Origin: Podarcis gaigeae
Taxonomy: Eukaryota
DNA: 64,000 nt
Direction: 5' to 3' (one strand)
NCBI GenBank assembly: GCA_964106915.2
Contig: OZ066925.1
Part shown: positions 23,023 through 35,901 of the stretch, in pieces
Layout: the number at the start of each line of letters is the position of its first letter
Position numbering within the stretch: position 1 is the stretch's first letter
Position numbers and translations under genes: made by a program
The notes under the pieces: generated by a model
Databases searched by the model: none
What the model was told of the DNA's origin: nothing
The model's input: only the letters and a program-made list of their open reading frames with translations

Positions 23023-24399
23023 GTAAAACCGATGGCAGTCAAAAGTTACGAGATAATAGCTTACCTAAGCCATTATGTCAGTTTATGGCTGGGGTGAAAT
23101 TTGAATTGGGAGGCCAGCTGCATTAAAAATGATGAACTGTTGTACATCTTGGTGGCACATGGGAACAAACTCTGACAAATGGGGTTGGGCGTCTGTTCAT
23201 GAGAATAACCCCTTTGTGATTAACCCCCCCCCCTTAAGTATATGTGTCTGCTATGGTTGAATTATATGCTTCAGCTTTCATTCAAATTCTGGCCAGGGGA
23301 GAATTAAATATATTTAATTATTCCTATCCACAAGACATTCAAATGTATTGGTATAGGACAGCTTCCCAAATGAGCTCTTGTGTTAGAGGGCCATAAGCAG
23401 GCCTGCAACCTTTGGTCACCTTCTCACCTGGAATCTCCTCTTGAACTCAATGATGAACAATTCTTCCTGTAGTTGGAGGTTAGCTTGTTTTTTGTACGTT
23501 CTTCTCTGGTGGTCTTACTAATGAGATCCCTGCTCTTTACAGTCTGGGGACAATAATCCCTTATTTCTTTTACCTACAAACAGTGGCTGCTTTTGATGAG
23601 AAGAAAGTTTCATCTTGCACAAGACGTAGCCATCTCTAATGCCACCCTAGATTTTAGGTGCAGGAAAATAAATACACTTTAGGGGGGAAAATGGGTCCAA
23701 ACTATTAAAACCCAGACATAGGCAACATTTTGTAGAATTAATTACCTCTGGACCCAGCAATCCTAAGTGCAGCATTTTTCTGTATGCCACATCTTTATTT
23801 ACAGCCTTCACCCATTTGCCAAATTAATACACAAAGAGCACCATCCAAGCCATATAAAAACACTGTGAATAATTAAAATTGGAGAGAGAAATGCTGTGTT
23901 GAACCTAGAGGAAAGATGCTGAAGTTTTACTGCTAAATTAAAGCCCTATAAGCCGCCTGGAAGGGCAGTCACTCTGTCAGACACTCTGAGCTCATTGAAG
24001 GAAAAGTAGGATATAAGCATGATAATTTTTTATTAGTAAATTTTCTGTTAAAAAATAATGCAAGTAGCAATAACACAACAGTGTTGTCTGCCCGTATGCT
24101 GAGCACCAAGTTCAGTCTTTTAAGCTTCTGTGTCAACTGAATGTGTGCTTGTCATGAATTAATCAGGGATTTTATTTAATGTAGTGGTGAGGTACTTGTG
24201 CCCCCCTCCCTGATGTGGCTGGACTCCCAACTCCCATTGACCATACTTACTGGGGTTAGTGGGAGTTGCAGTCTGGCCACCAGGTGTTCTTTAGTTCTTA
24301 GTTCTCTGGTTCTTCTTTGAACCTCAGTCTTAGCCTTGGTATAGTGTTGTTGTTTCTGTCTCTTGCCAGATCTGAAAGGCCTTCCTTTTCTTGTCAATA

Positions 24400-24738
24400 A
24401 TGTGTTAAATCTCTCTATCATTCTCATCAAACAAGTCCTGGTGTTTCTTGGTTTGGTATCCAATAGTTTGTTCACAGGCTGCAATAATGGATGTTTTTAG
24501 CTTGGTTTGGTGTTCCTTGATGTTATCCAAAAGCAGATGGTCCATAAGAGTCATTTGGAAGCAATCCCGCTTAATAGGACCTTGAAGGGCTTGAGTGTTC
24601 ATTTTGCACCTTGGTTTCCTTCCTTGAAGCCCGTGTTGAGGTATAATCTTGAGAGCCATCATGCAACGTATTAATTGGTGATCTGTCCAGCTGTCGTTGA
24701 CATTCGTCATAGCTCTGGTAAGGAGCACATCATGGTGA
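24400..24738 (-). mobile_element. RTE-clade LINE internal fragment (end of endonuclease / linker)
   Basis: Translation TRAMT...WTDHQLIR...LKTSIIAACEQTIGYQTKKHQDLFDENDREI is typical of RTE ORFs. Confidence 0.75.
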
Positions 24739-27700
24739 TCTTCAGGCTAGTGTCCTTAAGACATATGGTTTATTTTACACATATTTACAACCTGAGTTTT
24801 GATGGAGCGAATGCAGAACATTACACCCCAATAGTGTCTCTCGCTCTTCTCATAGCTTCAGCAAGTTTGGGTCCAAAGCAGCAGCCAATTATGCCCACCC
24901 CTTGCCCCCAACTCGTTCTCTCAGTGCAGCCTCTCCCAGCCAGAGTGTATGGAGTTCTCACCCCTCTTTTCTCCTTCAAAAGGGCTCCTTTTCCCCTGCA
25001 GTGACATCATGCCCTCTGTTACGCTGGCAGCCTCCCCGTCCATGCCTGCCTTGTCTTCTGCCTGGCTGATGGCTCCCATTATCAAATAATCCAAGCCGTC
25101 TTCAAGAACCCATTCCCCAGCAAGCTACCACCAGGCTGGCCTTATGAGGAAGCCAGTTGGTGTTATTTCCATGAATAAATTTCATAAATTCATGAAATTT
25201 ATGAGTTTGCTCAAATTCTGACCCTTCACTGAATGTAACAGTATACTTGTCATGAGTTTATCAGGAAGTTTATGTAATGTATTGGTGGGGAATCCATGGC
25301 CCCCCTGGTGAGGAAACAGGGTAGGAGGTACTGTAGGCCTTGGGGTACAAGGAAGTATGACATGGGGGGAACTGTTTGAGATGGGCCGTGCCTCTCTCAG
25401 TTCTGCTCTCAAGCATCCAAGTAGGAATGCTTTTGTGTCTAGCACCCTATTCCAAATTCTCACCCCAGTTACCCTCAGATTTCAATAGGGTTTACTCTTT
25501 CTTTCAGCCATGCATTGACAAGTGAGCTGGGTCACTAGCATTCCTGTATTGACAGAAGGATGGATGGAGAGAAATATGTCACCATGCAATACTAAAACAT
25601 GATTTTACGTAGATGGGTTAAGATTGATTGTTGAAAGGGATCTCAGAAATAAAACCATATACTTTTAAGCTGGGATGTTGGAGGACAGACGTTGCAAGGC
25701 TTAGCTAAAAGAAAATTAGAGCAAGTCTTCGAAATGTCTTAGAATTGTCAGTAAAATGCTGCTGCTTAACATTAAATACTCAGCACTTGGTTTTGTTGTT
25801 GGGGAGGAGGAAGATCAAAGGCATGGCATGCTGATCATCTCTCATGTTGTTTCTGGGTGACAATTTCTTGCATTAATACCTTTTCTGTAATCCATATTCA
25901 TTTTCTTTGTGCAATCTTTATATGTAGGCTGTAGGCATTAATGATTTGTCAAACCTGGTTCAGTATATGTCCAGGCAGTCAATTAATATTTTTTTTATAC
26001 AGCCTGTGCATTACTTTTGATCAATGGTTATAGAAACATCACAAATGCCAGTACAATGGCCTGTAGGAAATCAATCACTTCTAGTAGCGTATCCATGTAG
26101 TGATAATCTATAAATGTGAAACAGAAGCCCACTGGCCCTTGAACTTCTTTGGGTAGCATAGACTAGTTACTGTCTCTCCAGCACAATCTTAACCAAGTCT
26201 ACTCAGTAGTAAGTCTTATTGAATGAGGCTTACACCCAGGTAACTGAGGTTACTATTGCAGCTTCAGGATTGCATATGAAGATAAATAGGGCTACAAGGA
26301 AAACATGTTCAGTGTCCATAATTCCTTGGAAGAAAAGCAGGATAAAAATGACACAGAGGTATATATTTTGTTTTCACAGCTTTATCCTTTTTTAAAAAAG
26401 AAACAGAACACTGGGAAACTTGGAACCATTTTGGAAATGTTGATTGCTGGATACTGCAACATATAATAATTTATTTTTCATTGGATGCATTTCTAAAAAT
26501 TCCTTTTTAAAAACCATATTTGCACTGGTATTAATGCAGGCTTCTGGAGACAGACGTTCAACTTCAATTAACCATCTGAATGTATTTCATAGCATCAACT
26601 CTCGCTCTGTGGGAACCCCTGCTGCCTTTCTATCATTAACATAAATGCAGGTGCAAATAGCATTTATGTATGTTGATAGGAAGCAGTTGGAGGCATTTCA
26701 CTGTGGGACACAACACTTTCATATTGCATGCATCTGTTCAAATAATGTATCCATGCTCAGTGACATGAGTGCAAGGATAGAAACATCTGCCCCTGAGACC
26801 ATTTGCCATACAGCAGATGCTTAGATCTTTATTTATGCAGATGGCTTGTGTGATGAGCTGGGTGATGATAAAAGCAGGAAAGTTTGACAAAGACTTCCTG
26901 TATGTTGAGCATACCAAAAAGAAAAAGGGGGGAAAGGTGTCACAAAGATTTTATTTTATTCCCTGCTACGTAACTCAAGTAGGAATGACAATCAATATAG
27001 ATTTAACAGTTCTTTTAGTGAAACAGATCTATTGTGTTTGGCTTGGCACAGGGAACTACAAACAGTTATAAGACAGTTTTGGTGTGGAATGTCAACTATA
27101 GTTTAAGAAGATATTGAAAGGATTCCTGTGAAACAAGTGTGATTGGCGTTGCCGTGGTTATTTGATTATTCACGAAAACAAACAAAGGAAAGCTTTATGC
27201 CATGTTGGACTATGGCTGCATTCAAACGTCAGGTTTATTGCATTAATTATACTGATTTTAACACTATTGCTTCTGCCCTCATTTCTAACATTTCTTTTAT
27301 ACTGCAGTACCTGTTGTGTTATGGAGCTGTGGCCTTTTTTTAGCAATATACCACCATGCCGTGCTAAATTTTAAATGTATGCCGGGATACCACCGCAAAT
27401 TTAATCACATGAGCGGAGGTGCGTGATCATGAAAAGTGCAGGAATATTACAGTGTAAAACTCGTGCAATTTTCAGAGTTAATGGGCTTGCAAATTGATTT
27501 TTTCCCTGGGAAACAGTTAACACAGAGATGAGTGCTAAACCTCTACTAGATTCCACTAGATTTCTCAAAGTGACTTTTACACTGTGTGAAAGTTGATATA
27601 AAATGTGAACATTAAGAGGAAAGGAGACATTGGAAAGATGGAATAAAGTGACGTCTGAATGCCTGTTTGCCCATCTAGCCCTGTCTTTTCTGCTCTGACT

Positions 27701-28114
27701 GCAAATGGTTCTCCAGGTTCTCTGGGATTGAACTCAGGATCATAAATGAGCCCAACATTATATCTGTTGCACCATATGAAGCCTATTCAGGCATTCACTT
27801 TCTTCGTATAAGGCAACCACATGAAGGAGAGCAGGGCGGCGGCGGCAGCAATCCCTGTCTCTTCCAGTATGCCCCATTTCCTGTCCTTACAGCCCTTTAT
27901 GAGCTGAGTAGCATTCTTCTGAAACCACCTCTACTTGGGGAGGTTCTCTGGACGATCTAGAATCCTGATTTTTCCAAGGTTCTAAATCACACAAGGAGCC
28001 TCCATGAGTATGATCAGAAGATCAAAGAACCACGTGGTTACACTGCATGCTAGGGTTGCATCCTGTGCTTGTCATATTCAGAAGAGACCCATTTAAATCA
28101 ATGGAGGTGGCTAA

Positions 28115-28515
28115 GACAACAGTCACACCATTTAAAGCACTATGATAGCACTTTAAACAGCCATGGCTTCCCCAAAGAATTCTGGGAGCTGTCATTGTTA
28201 AGAGTGCTGAAAGTTGTTAGAAGAGCCCTGTTTCCCCCACAGAGTCGTTTAACAATCACTCCCTCATCACAGGGAACTCTGGGAATTGTGGTTTTGTGAA
28301 GGCAATAGGGAACCCCCCACAGCTCCCAGGGTTGTGATAATTTAAACCAGGACTCCAAAAATATGTCTATTGATTGACTTGCCTAAGATCCAGGACAAAA
28401 CACCACATTTAGGTAATTCCTGCTGGACGTCAATTCCACCTTTGAAATCCTGGTAATGCCTGGGAAAATCCAGATGTATGGCAGCCCTCGTTTAAATGTG
28501 TAGTGTGACTGTGCC
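28115..28515. mobile_element. Non-autonomous DNA-type repeat (related copy at ~56375-56570)
   Basis: Inverted ends acagtcacaccatttaaa / tttaaatgtgtagtgtgactgt; shared interior catggcttccccaaag...tgggagctgt. Confidence 0.6.
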
Positions 28516-30252
28516 CTGACTTAGGTCCATTAATTTCATTCTGTCTATTCTGAGTATAACATCTCGATGCAACCCTTCGTCTTGAACTGGGGATACTTGA
28601 CTTGAATCATCATTATCTGTGAAGATATTTTTGCCTATAATTTGTAAGCAAAGCAAGATGCATACTCCATGACTGATTCATGAGATGTCTCCACTTGACC
28701 TTTTTATTTCTGTTCCTGCTTTTTGTATCCCTGCCTTAATAATGCTTCCCTCCCCATCCGAGACCTGGTCAGAATAATTTTCTGCAGCAGCCCAGAGGAA
28801 ATAGGGCATTAATTACAATTTTATATTGTGTATTATCCGCTCTCTTAATAGAGTTCAAGTTAATGCAATCATAATCATTCAGAAAGGGCATTTACCTTAC
28901 AAAGGACAACCTATTGTGAAAACAGCAAGAAACACCTCCCTGTACAGAGCAGCGCAATTTGAACCCATATTGTTTTACAGTTCACTTCATGAAAGGGGGG
29001 GGATAGAAAATACTTAAGTGTTCTCTGTATCATCAGAATGCAGTCCATCCATTTTTTAAAGAGCAAGAGGAACATTATAATTCCTTCTGCTAAAGAAATT
29101 TAAATTGCTGGGGGGGACAGGTGTAACAGGGTCTTCTCAGTGATGGCTCCACCTCTGTTGGATACACACCTAAAGAATTCTGCCTAAACATGAGGATCCA
29201 TACACTCCAAGAAAGTCTCTTTTTGGAAGCTTTTATTATTTTGTTCTGCTTTCTTGAGTCAGTATATTCTAATTTTATCTTAGCCTACATGCATTATGAT
29301 GAAAAGAAGGGTTATGATGGTAGTATTTACTGATGATTGTCAGCTACTTTTGGGTTTAGGGAAAATAGGGTAGAATTTATTAAACTGAAAGTAAAACTAA
29401 AAGTTCAATGGGACTTAGTCCCAGGTAAGAATGTAGAGGATTGCAGTCTAAATGATGTAATTTGCCATGAATGTTAACCAAGTTCTAGCACCCTGGATGT
29501 ATGTGCTTCAGAAAAGAAAATGCTCTGAATTTGAAGAGATCTCAGCTTGGATAAGCGTTGTTTCAAACAGCATTTTGATAAATAATAATTTATCTCTTTC
29601 TCATAAATCTCCAGATGTATCACTTGTGAAAATGACTTATGTCGAGTGCTCAAAGGAAAGAAAATGAGAGAAATTGCAGGATAGAAATGGCTTTAAAGAT
29701 GTAAAGTAGGAATCCTATTTTGAAAAGTTTTAGAGAGGATTGAGGGAAAATGTATTCATTGGGGTGGAAATGCCACACAGCATAAGCCCAGACCTATAGC
29801 TGTCATGCAGCATGTTTCCTAACAGGAGAAGATGTATACATCCCCGAAACACAATTTTTAAAGTTCACTGCCAGAGGGAACACACAAGAGTAAAACTGTG
29901 CTTGTTGTATACCACTTACAACTACAATTTCAGTTTTAAACAGTGCCATCGACAGGACCATGCAAATGGTCCTCCACAATTGTGGAGGAGGTTGTAAACC
30001 CTCCCTTCATTCAGAAATGCTGACATAGATATATTTGGGCAGGTGTATGAAGTGTTACACAGATAAACAAGTGAAGCTTCTAACGTGAAATGAGTGTATA
30101 TTGTTCCATCCCCTTGGTACGAATCTTCACTGTATGGGTTTTGATTCTCAAACAGGAGATATTCAACATCAGCGATAGATTCAAGTAGGTAGCCGTGTTG
30201 GTCTGACACAGTCAAAATAAATAAAATAAAAAATTGTCCAGTAGCACCTTAG

Positions 30253-30616
30253 GTAAGGGTAAAGGGTCACCTGACCCTTAAGTCCAGTTGCAGACGACTC
30301 GGGGGTTACGGCGCTCATCTCACTTTGCTGGCTGAGGGAGCTGGCGTTTGTGTCACAGACAGCTTCTGGGTCATGTGACCAGTATGACTAAGCCGCTTCT
30401 GGTGAACCAAAGCAGCACATGGAAACGCCATTTACCTTCCCGCCGGAGCGGTACCTATTTATCTACTTGCACTTTGACATGCTTTCGAACTGCTAGGTTG
30501 GCAGGAGCAGGGACCGAGCAACGGGAGCTCACCCTGTCATGGGGATTCGAACCGCCGACTTTCTGATCGGCAAGCCCTAGGCTCTGTGGTTTAGACCACA
30601 GCACCACCCGCATCCC
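30253..30616 (-). mobile_element. Full-length Sauria SINE flanked by a ~146-bp direct repeat
   Basis: Reverse complement of the Sauria consensus; flanks 30107-30252 and 30611-30761 are duplicates. Confidence 0.93.
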
Positions 30617-30683
30617 CTTGGTATGAATCTTCACTGTATGGGTTTCAATTCTAAAATAGGAGATATTTAACATCAGTGATAAA

Positions 30684-30910
30684 TTCAGGTAGGTAGCCAT
30701 GTTGGTTTGACACAGTCGAAATAAATAAAAAAAATCAAAAAATTGTCCAGTAGCACCTTAGAGACCAACTAAGTTTGTTCTGGGTATAAGCTTTCGTGTA
30801 CATGGTATCTGAAGAAGTATCTGAAAAAGTGTGCATGCACACGAAAGCTTATACCCAGAACAAACTTAGTTGGTCTCTAAGGTGCTACTGGACAATTTTT
30901 TGATTTATTT
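30684..30910. mobile_element. Penelope-like element remnant (inverted arms), copy 2
   Basis: aggtaggtagccatgttgg...ccagtagcaccttagagaccaactaagtttgttc and its inverse; TSD catcagcgataga (30911-30923, matching 30167-30179 and 30671-30683). Confidence 0.82.
30817..30855 (+). ncRNA. Degenerate minimal hammerhead ribozyme motif
   Basis: GUAU-CUGAAAA-A-GUGUG CAUG CACAC-GAAA-GC-UU-AUAC; core G8 is replaced by A, so probably inactive. Confidence 0.5.
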
Positions 30911-32548
30911 CATCAGCGATAGAATATCAGTTATCTAGTTGTGAATTTTAAATGCAGAATCACATTGGCTACTGGGTGTCATGGGATTTGGGGAACATCA
31001 ATATAATTCAGCACTAACATTCGTCAAGCTCAGCTGGGGTTGATCAATTATCTACTCCAGCTTCTAAAACATTAATGTTCAACATAAAATTGACTCTACT
31101 GCTGTGCCTCCAGCCTCTCAGTTCTTTTGTTAGCCTTTCCCAATTCCTTCCTAATTTTCTTTTGTCCTCCTGCTCTCCATATTTAGAGAGTAAGCTTTCT
31201 GGAGCAGAGACCTTCTTGTTCAGCTTCCATTTCTTGATGTATGTTAATGCTGCTTTATGGAAAATCATAATAATATGTAGTATTAATGTTGAGAGTTTAT
31301 ATTATAGATCCTCGATTGAGGATGCAGTCCCATACCCATTGAACACAATGGGACTTGGCTTCTGAATAGACACACCTAGGATTGCACTGTGAATCATCGT
31401 TCAGCCTAGTGAGTGAATTAGTTAGAATTAGCCTGGTTTAATATTTTAGCCAGATACGTTTTAGTGTTGAGTCTGTCCATATCTTTCATTGTTGCAGAGC
31501 TACTCCATCATGTTTCTCCTCATCCCACTTGCTTTAGAAAAGAGAGCAAGATGGCCTCTAATGTATCTGTTTTCTTTATCTTCCATATTTATTATTACAT
31601 TGCAGTAATATATCAAAGAAAGGACAAAATCAAAGCATAAATCGTATCTCTGCTGAAAAATGAGTCTCACTGCCTCGATGATTAAGTTTGTTCAGGGTTG
31701 TTAAAACTGGAAAGAGATCGCTAACATTCTGTTTTTCTTGGGTTTCATTTCTTCTTGTGAAAGTCAGGCCAAACAAGTACTTAGTTTAATTTTTCTTTTG
31801 ATTTCTTCTAATTTACTGCTTTTCTGGCACAGTGCTGCAATATATTGATTGCCAACACAGCAGATTTATTTTTTCATTTCCCTCTGGAAAGTTAATATTT
31901 TATGGAAGTGTTTCTATTGGCCTTGGGCTTGATTTATTTTTTTTCAAAAACTAATTTTGGGTATATATTTTACCTAACTATATTAGCTTGAGCAAAATCA
32001 GCGCTGCTGTGTCTCTATTACAGTGCTAACCATCTGATCTGCCCTTTTTACCAAGGCTGTTTTTAATGGTCGTTTTAAATAGTATCATTCTGCATATAAT
32101 TTAATGGTAAAGATAGCATGCAGTATCTTTTTCAGCACTTTTTGGAAGGTAGGTGGTCAGAAGTGTTCATTTATGCACACCATATGTCCACATATACATT
32201 GCATTTAAATTTAATTTGCATCACATATCCTTTCTTTTTACACAAGCAGGATTATTCTGAATATTGGTGTCCAGTATTGGACTGAAATGGGACCAATGAC
32301 CTGGTTATACCACAACAATTAGATACAACAAGGACCCTTAAAGTACTATCCAGCTAACTTGCTTGGTCAGCCCAAGAATTTAAACTTGTTCAACTGAACT
32401 TTCCCCTTCTCCTGCTCTGAAGGGTTGGAGTTAGAATAGATTTGGGGCACACAGATTTAGAAGTATATTTTACAACATGACCCCTAAGGATTTAAGATAA
32501 GAAAGAATGGTGTGTCAGTTGTCTCTGGGAATCAGCAACCGTCCTCCT

Positions 32549-33183
32549 TGTGGGATATTTAAAGGGCAGTCAAACCAACCATTCATGTTTTGCCAGATAG
32601 GCACATGAAAGGTGCAGAAGCTCACAGTTGTCCTGTAAGTTTGCTAGAGAGGACTCTTTGAGAGACACTCCCACTATGCCCTGACAGAGGGAGGGCGTAG
32701 ACAGACAGACAGACAGACAGACAGACACACACACACACACACACACACACCCTACCTGCCTGGGCATATCCTCTCTTCCATCATGGCAGCAATGTGAGAA
32801 CATTTGCTGTGTCTCAGCTGCAATGCTCAGACACCATTCCAAACGACTAAAGCATACCTTTGTAACTGAATTAGCATTTTAAGCCCACCTGAACAAAGCT
32901 GCTGTATCTGTTACTCTTCAACAAGTATTCTGAGTAAATGTTATTTTCACCTTTTACAAGTCTGTGTGATTGTTGTTGTAGGGGGAGAAAAGGGGGAAAT
33001 ACCAGGAGAATCCAGTCTGCCTTAAAGCATCCTGGATTACTTAAATGAAAGGGCTAAAACTAGCCTATCTAAACTTCCTTTTAAGCTGCAAGGGGATGCA
33101 CTCTGCTGAACTTACAAACATGAGGAAGGAAGGATAATATCTAATAAATATATCATCTCCTAGCATCTATTCACATCCTTATA
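32549..33183 (+). mobile_element. Solo LTR (family of 36643 and 49065)
   Basis: Starts tgtgggatat; shares gagtaaa, aggggaaa(t)taccaggagaatccagtctgc and aatatatc(a/c)tctcct blocks; ends acatccttata. Confidence 0.7.
32699..32749. repeat. (AGAC)n(AC)n compound microsatellite
   Basis: Seen directly. Confidence 0.95.
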
Positions 33184-33230
33184 CTATTCTCCTGTTTTTC
33201 TCCAGTTTGGTGTCCAGCATTATCAAGAAG

Positions 33231-33369
33231 CAGGGCTTTTTTCCAGCCAGAACTCACTGGAACTCAGTTCTGGCACTTCACAGTTGGGTTCTGGTACCTC
33301 TCATGTTGGCGCCATTGTCATTCTAAGAGGGTGAGTTCTGGCACCTCTTTTTCTGGAAAAATAGCAGTG
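33231..33369. mobile_element. hAT non-autonomous element
   Basis: Ends cagggctttttt / aaaaatagcagtg; 8-bp TSD tcaagaag / ttaagaag; internal gttctggcac repeats. Confidence 0.75.
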
Positions 33370-34922
33370 TTAAGAAGTATACAGGCTCTGTACATGCAGA
33401 TTTCGGGGCGGGTGCCAGGGGTCAGCATGGCTGGGCCCTTGCCAAGATCCTAAGCAGGCTCTGCGTTCCTGGAGGCCTCCAGCCCCTTTCCCCCTTCTTG
33501 ACACTGTTCACCTGGCCTTTCTGAGCAAACAAGCAGTGGTAGGAGCCGGAAGAAGGCCTAGCAACTTCCCATCTCCCTCCAGAGAGCTGTGTTTGAAGCC
33601 AAAGGGAGAGAAAGGGTGAGAAAATGAGCAGAGTCTCAGTGGTGAGGGACCCTCCTCCATCTGCCACCAACACTTCCAGGTTTTTCCTAGCTCTATATAA
33701 CTTCCTTTCATTAAATGAAACAAAATGGCATTGGGTTTGAATGACACCCTGGAACTGAGTTGCACTTGTCTCCAGGGAGTAGGCTGTGCCTGGATAAGGG
33801 AGGGCAGCTGAATATCTATAGGCAAAACACCATAAGCTGATCCGATGGGCACGCCCCATTGTCCTGGCACAGTAGCAGCATGCCCAGTGAGGAGTAGGAG
33901 TCTATGGAGATCTCTCCATGGGCACAGGATAAGGATTTGTCATATTGTTATTATTAAAAAATTTGGATCCTGCTTTTCTCTAACTGCAGCAGTTTTTAAA
34001 TGTTGCAACGATCACCAGTATTTGCCTTTTCTTTCTCTCCAACTCTGTCTCTCCATTAATTCTTTTGCAGCTTTGCTGTTTACATCAGTTTTCCCGCACG
34101 GAAAACGGTTCTTTCTCTTCCCGCCGTAAATAATCTGACTCTGGATGAGTTCCACCACCCTCTCTTGCTTGCAGAGCCTCCTCCTCCTCTTGCTGAAGAG
34201 CTGTACTTTCTTATGGCAAATTTAACAGCCTCGCTGGCAACGAGCGCTCCATTTAATTTACGTCTTGAAATCCAGGCCTCTGCTGGTTAGCTCCACCAAA
34301 GCTGCCTGTCACATCTCATTAGATACAGATTTTATCTTCCATTCACTTGGCTTTTTGGCAGATAGTGTCACGATGGGGATGAGCAGGAATTTGGGAGAAT
34401 GGCCTATATTGCCCCTAACTTAGTCCAATGCCTCAGATGCAGACCCAGCTTATGAAAGCTTAGTAATATCATTTATTGTACTTCCTTCAAAATTCCACCT
34501 ACATCTGCAGTTACTTTGGAAGGAAAACAGTCTACGTTTAGAGAACTGCATATCATCTGCTCTCAGGCTTCCCATAGGCATCTGCTTGGCCACCGTGAGA
34601 AAAGGATGCTGGAATAGATGAGCCATTGGCCTGATCCAGCAGGGCTGTTCTTATTCTAAAACTCTTCTATAGCACAGACTCGTGCTGATCACGTCTCACG
34701 TGATGTGATTAAATGTACAAGGCTTGCATGCTGACTTCCCTTTACCATTCCTGGAGTGTGAAAATGCCTGCTCTGAAAAATGGCACGAGGCTAAAATTCC
34801 ATCCTTTTGAAGCAAATGGAATGTGATCACTTGAGAAGAGTAGCAAAGGCTGTCTCTTCTCATTTTAATACCATTTTACAGCTGATTTATTCTGTTATGA
34901 TTTCCTCCCCTGCAGGCAATAG

Positions 34923-34924
<2 letters not shown>

Positions 34925-34962
<38 letters not shown>

Positions 34963-34984
34963 AGAGAGAGAGAGAGAGAGAGAG
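34925..34984. repeat. (GT)n(GA)n microsatellite
   Basis: Seen directly. Confidence 0.95.
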
Positions 34985-34992
34985 GTCACAAT

Positions 34993-35187
34993 TAGGAGCA
35001 TTGGAAAACTGCTTTATATTGAGGCAGACCATCGATCCATCTAGCTCACAGTTGTCCACACTGGCTGGCAACAGCTCTCTATACTTCCATATAGGAGACA
35101 AGCCCAGCCTTAACTAGAGATGCCAAAGATTTAATTTGGGACTGTCTCCATGCAAGCAGATGCTCGACCACTGAGCTATGGCCCTTC
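34993..35187 (-). mobile_element. Squam3-like tRNA SINE
   Basis: catgcaagcagatgctcgaccactgagctatggcccttc head (reverse) and tccatctagctc tail. Confidence 0.75.
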
Positions 35188-35629
35188 TCCAGGAAGCTAG
35201 ATACCCACACATGCATGGGAAACCTTATACCTTAAGCATTAAAATTTAAGGAGAGTTTGATGGCTTTCTACAAATTCATGGTGTGACCATGCTATGTATG
35301 ATTCTGGTTGCTGTGTCTCCAAAACCAAACCCAAACAAAAAACAGCAGAGCTGGGGAAAATGCAGGAAAAAGGCAACCAAAATGATTAGGAGCAACTCCC
35401 ACTAGGAGGAAAGGTTGCAGTTTTGAGGGCTTTTTTTAGTGTAGAAAAATAAGACCGGGGAGATGACGGAGGTAAATAAAAGTGGGTAGAGAGAACTATT
35501 TCTCTCTCTCATAATTCTAATATGTAGAGTCACCCAATGAATCTGAACAGTGGGAGATTTAGGACAAACATAACAAGCAAATACCTCACATAAACTCACA
35601 TAAGCAAATTCCATAATTTGCTTTCACCA

Positions 35630-35901
35630 GGAATGGCTGCCACTAGATGGCTTTAAAATCAGATTGGACAAATTCATGGAGGGTAAAGGCTATCAGTTGG
35701 TACTAGTCAAGCTGGGTATGCCACCTCCTGGACCATAGGCAGCTTGCCTCTGAATACCAGTCTCTGAGGGGATGGGACAGCAGGAGATTTGTTGCACTTG
35801 TGTCTTGCTTGCGGTCTTCCTGGTTTTCCACTGCAGGGGACAGGATGCTGGGCTAGATGGGCCTTTGGTCTGATCCAGCAGGCCGCCTGCTTATGATCTT
35901 A
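35630..35901 (+). mobile_element. CR1 LINE 3' end
   Basis: tagatggctttaaaa...ttggacaaattcatggag...aggatgctgggctagatgggcctttggtctgatccagcagg...cttatg; shorter relatives at ~34560-34655 and ~57845-58000. Confidence 0.8.
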
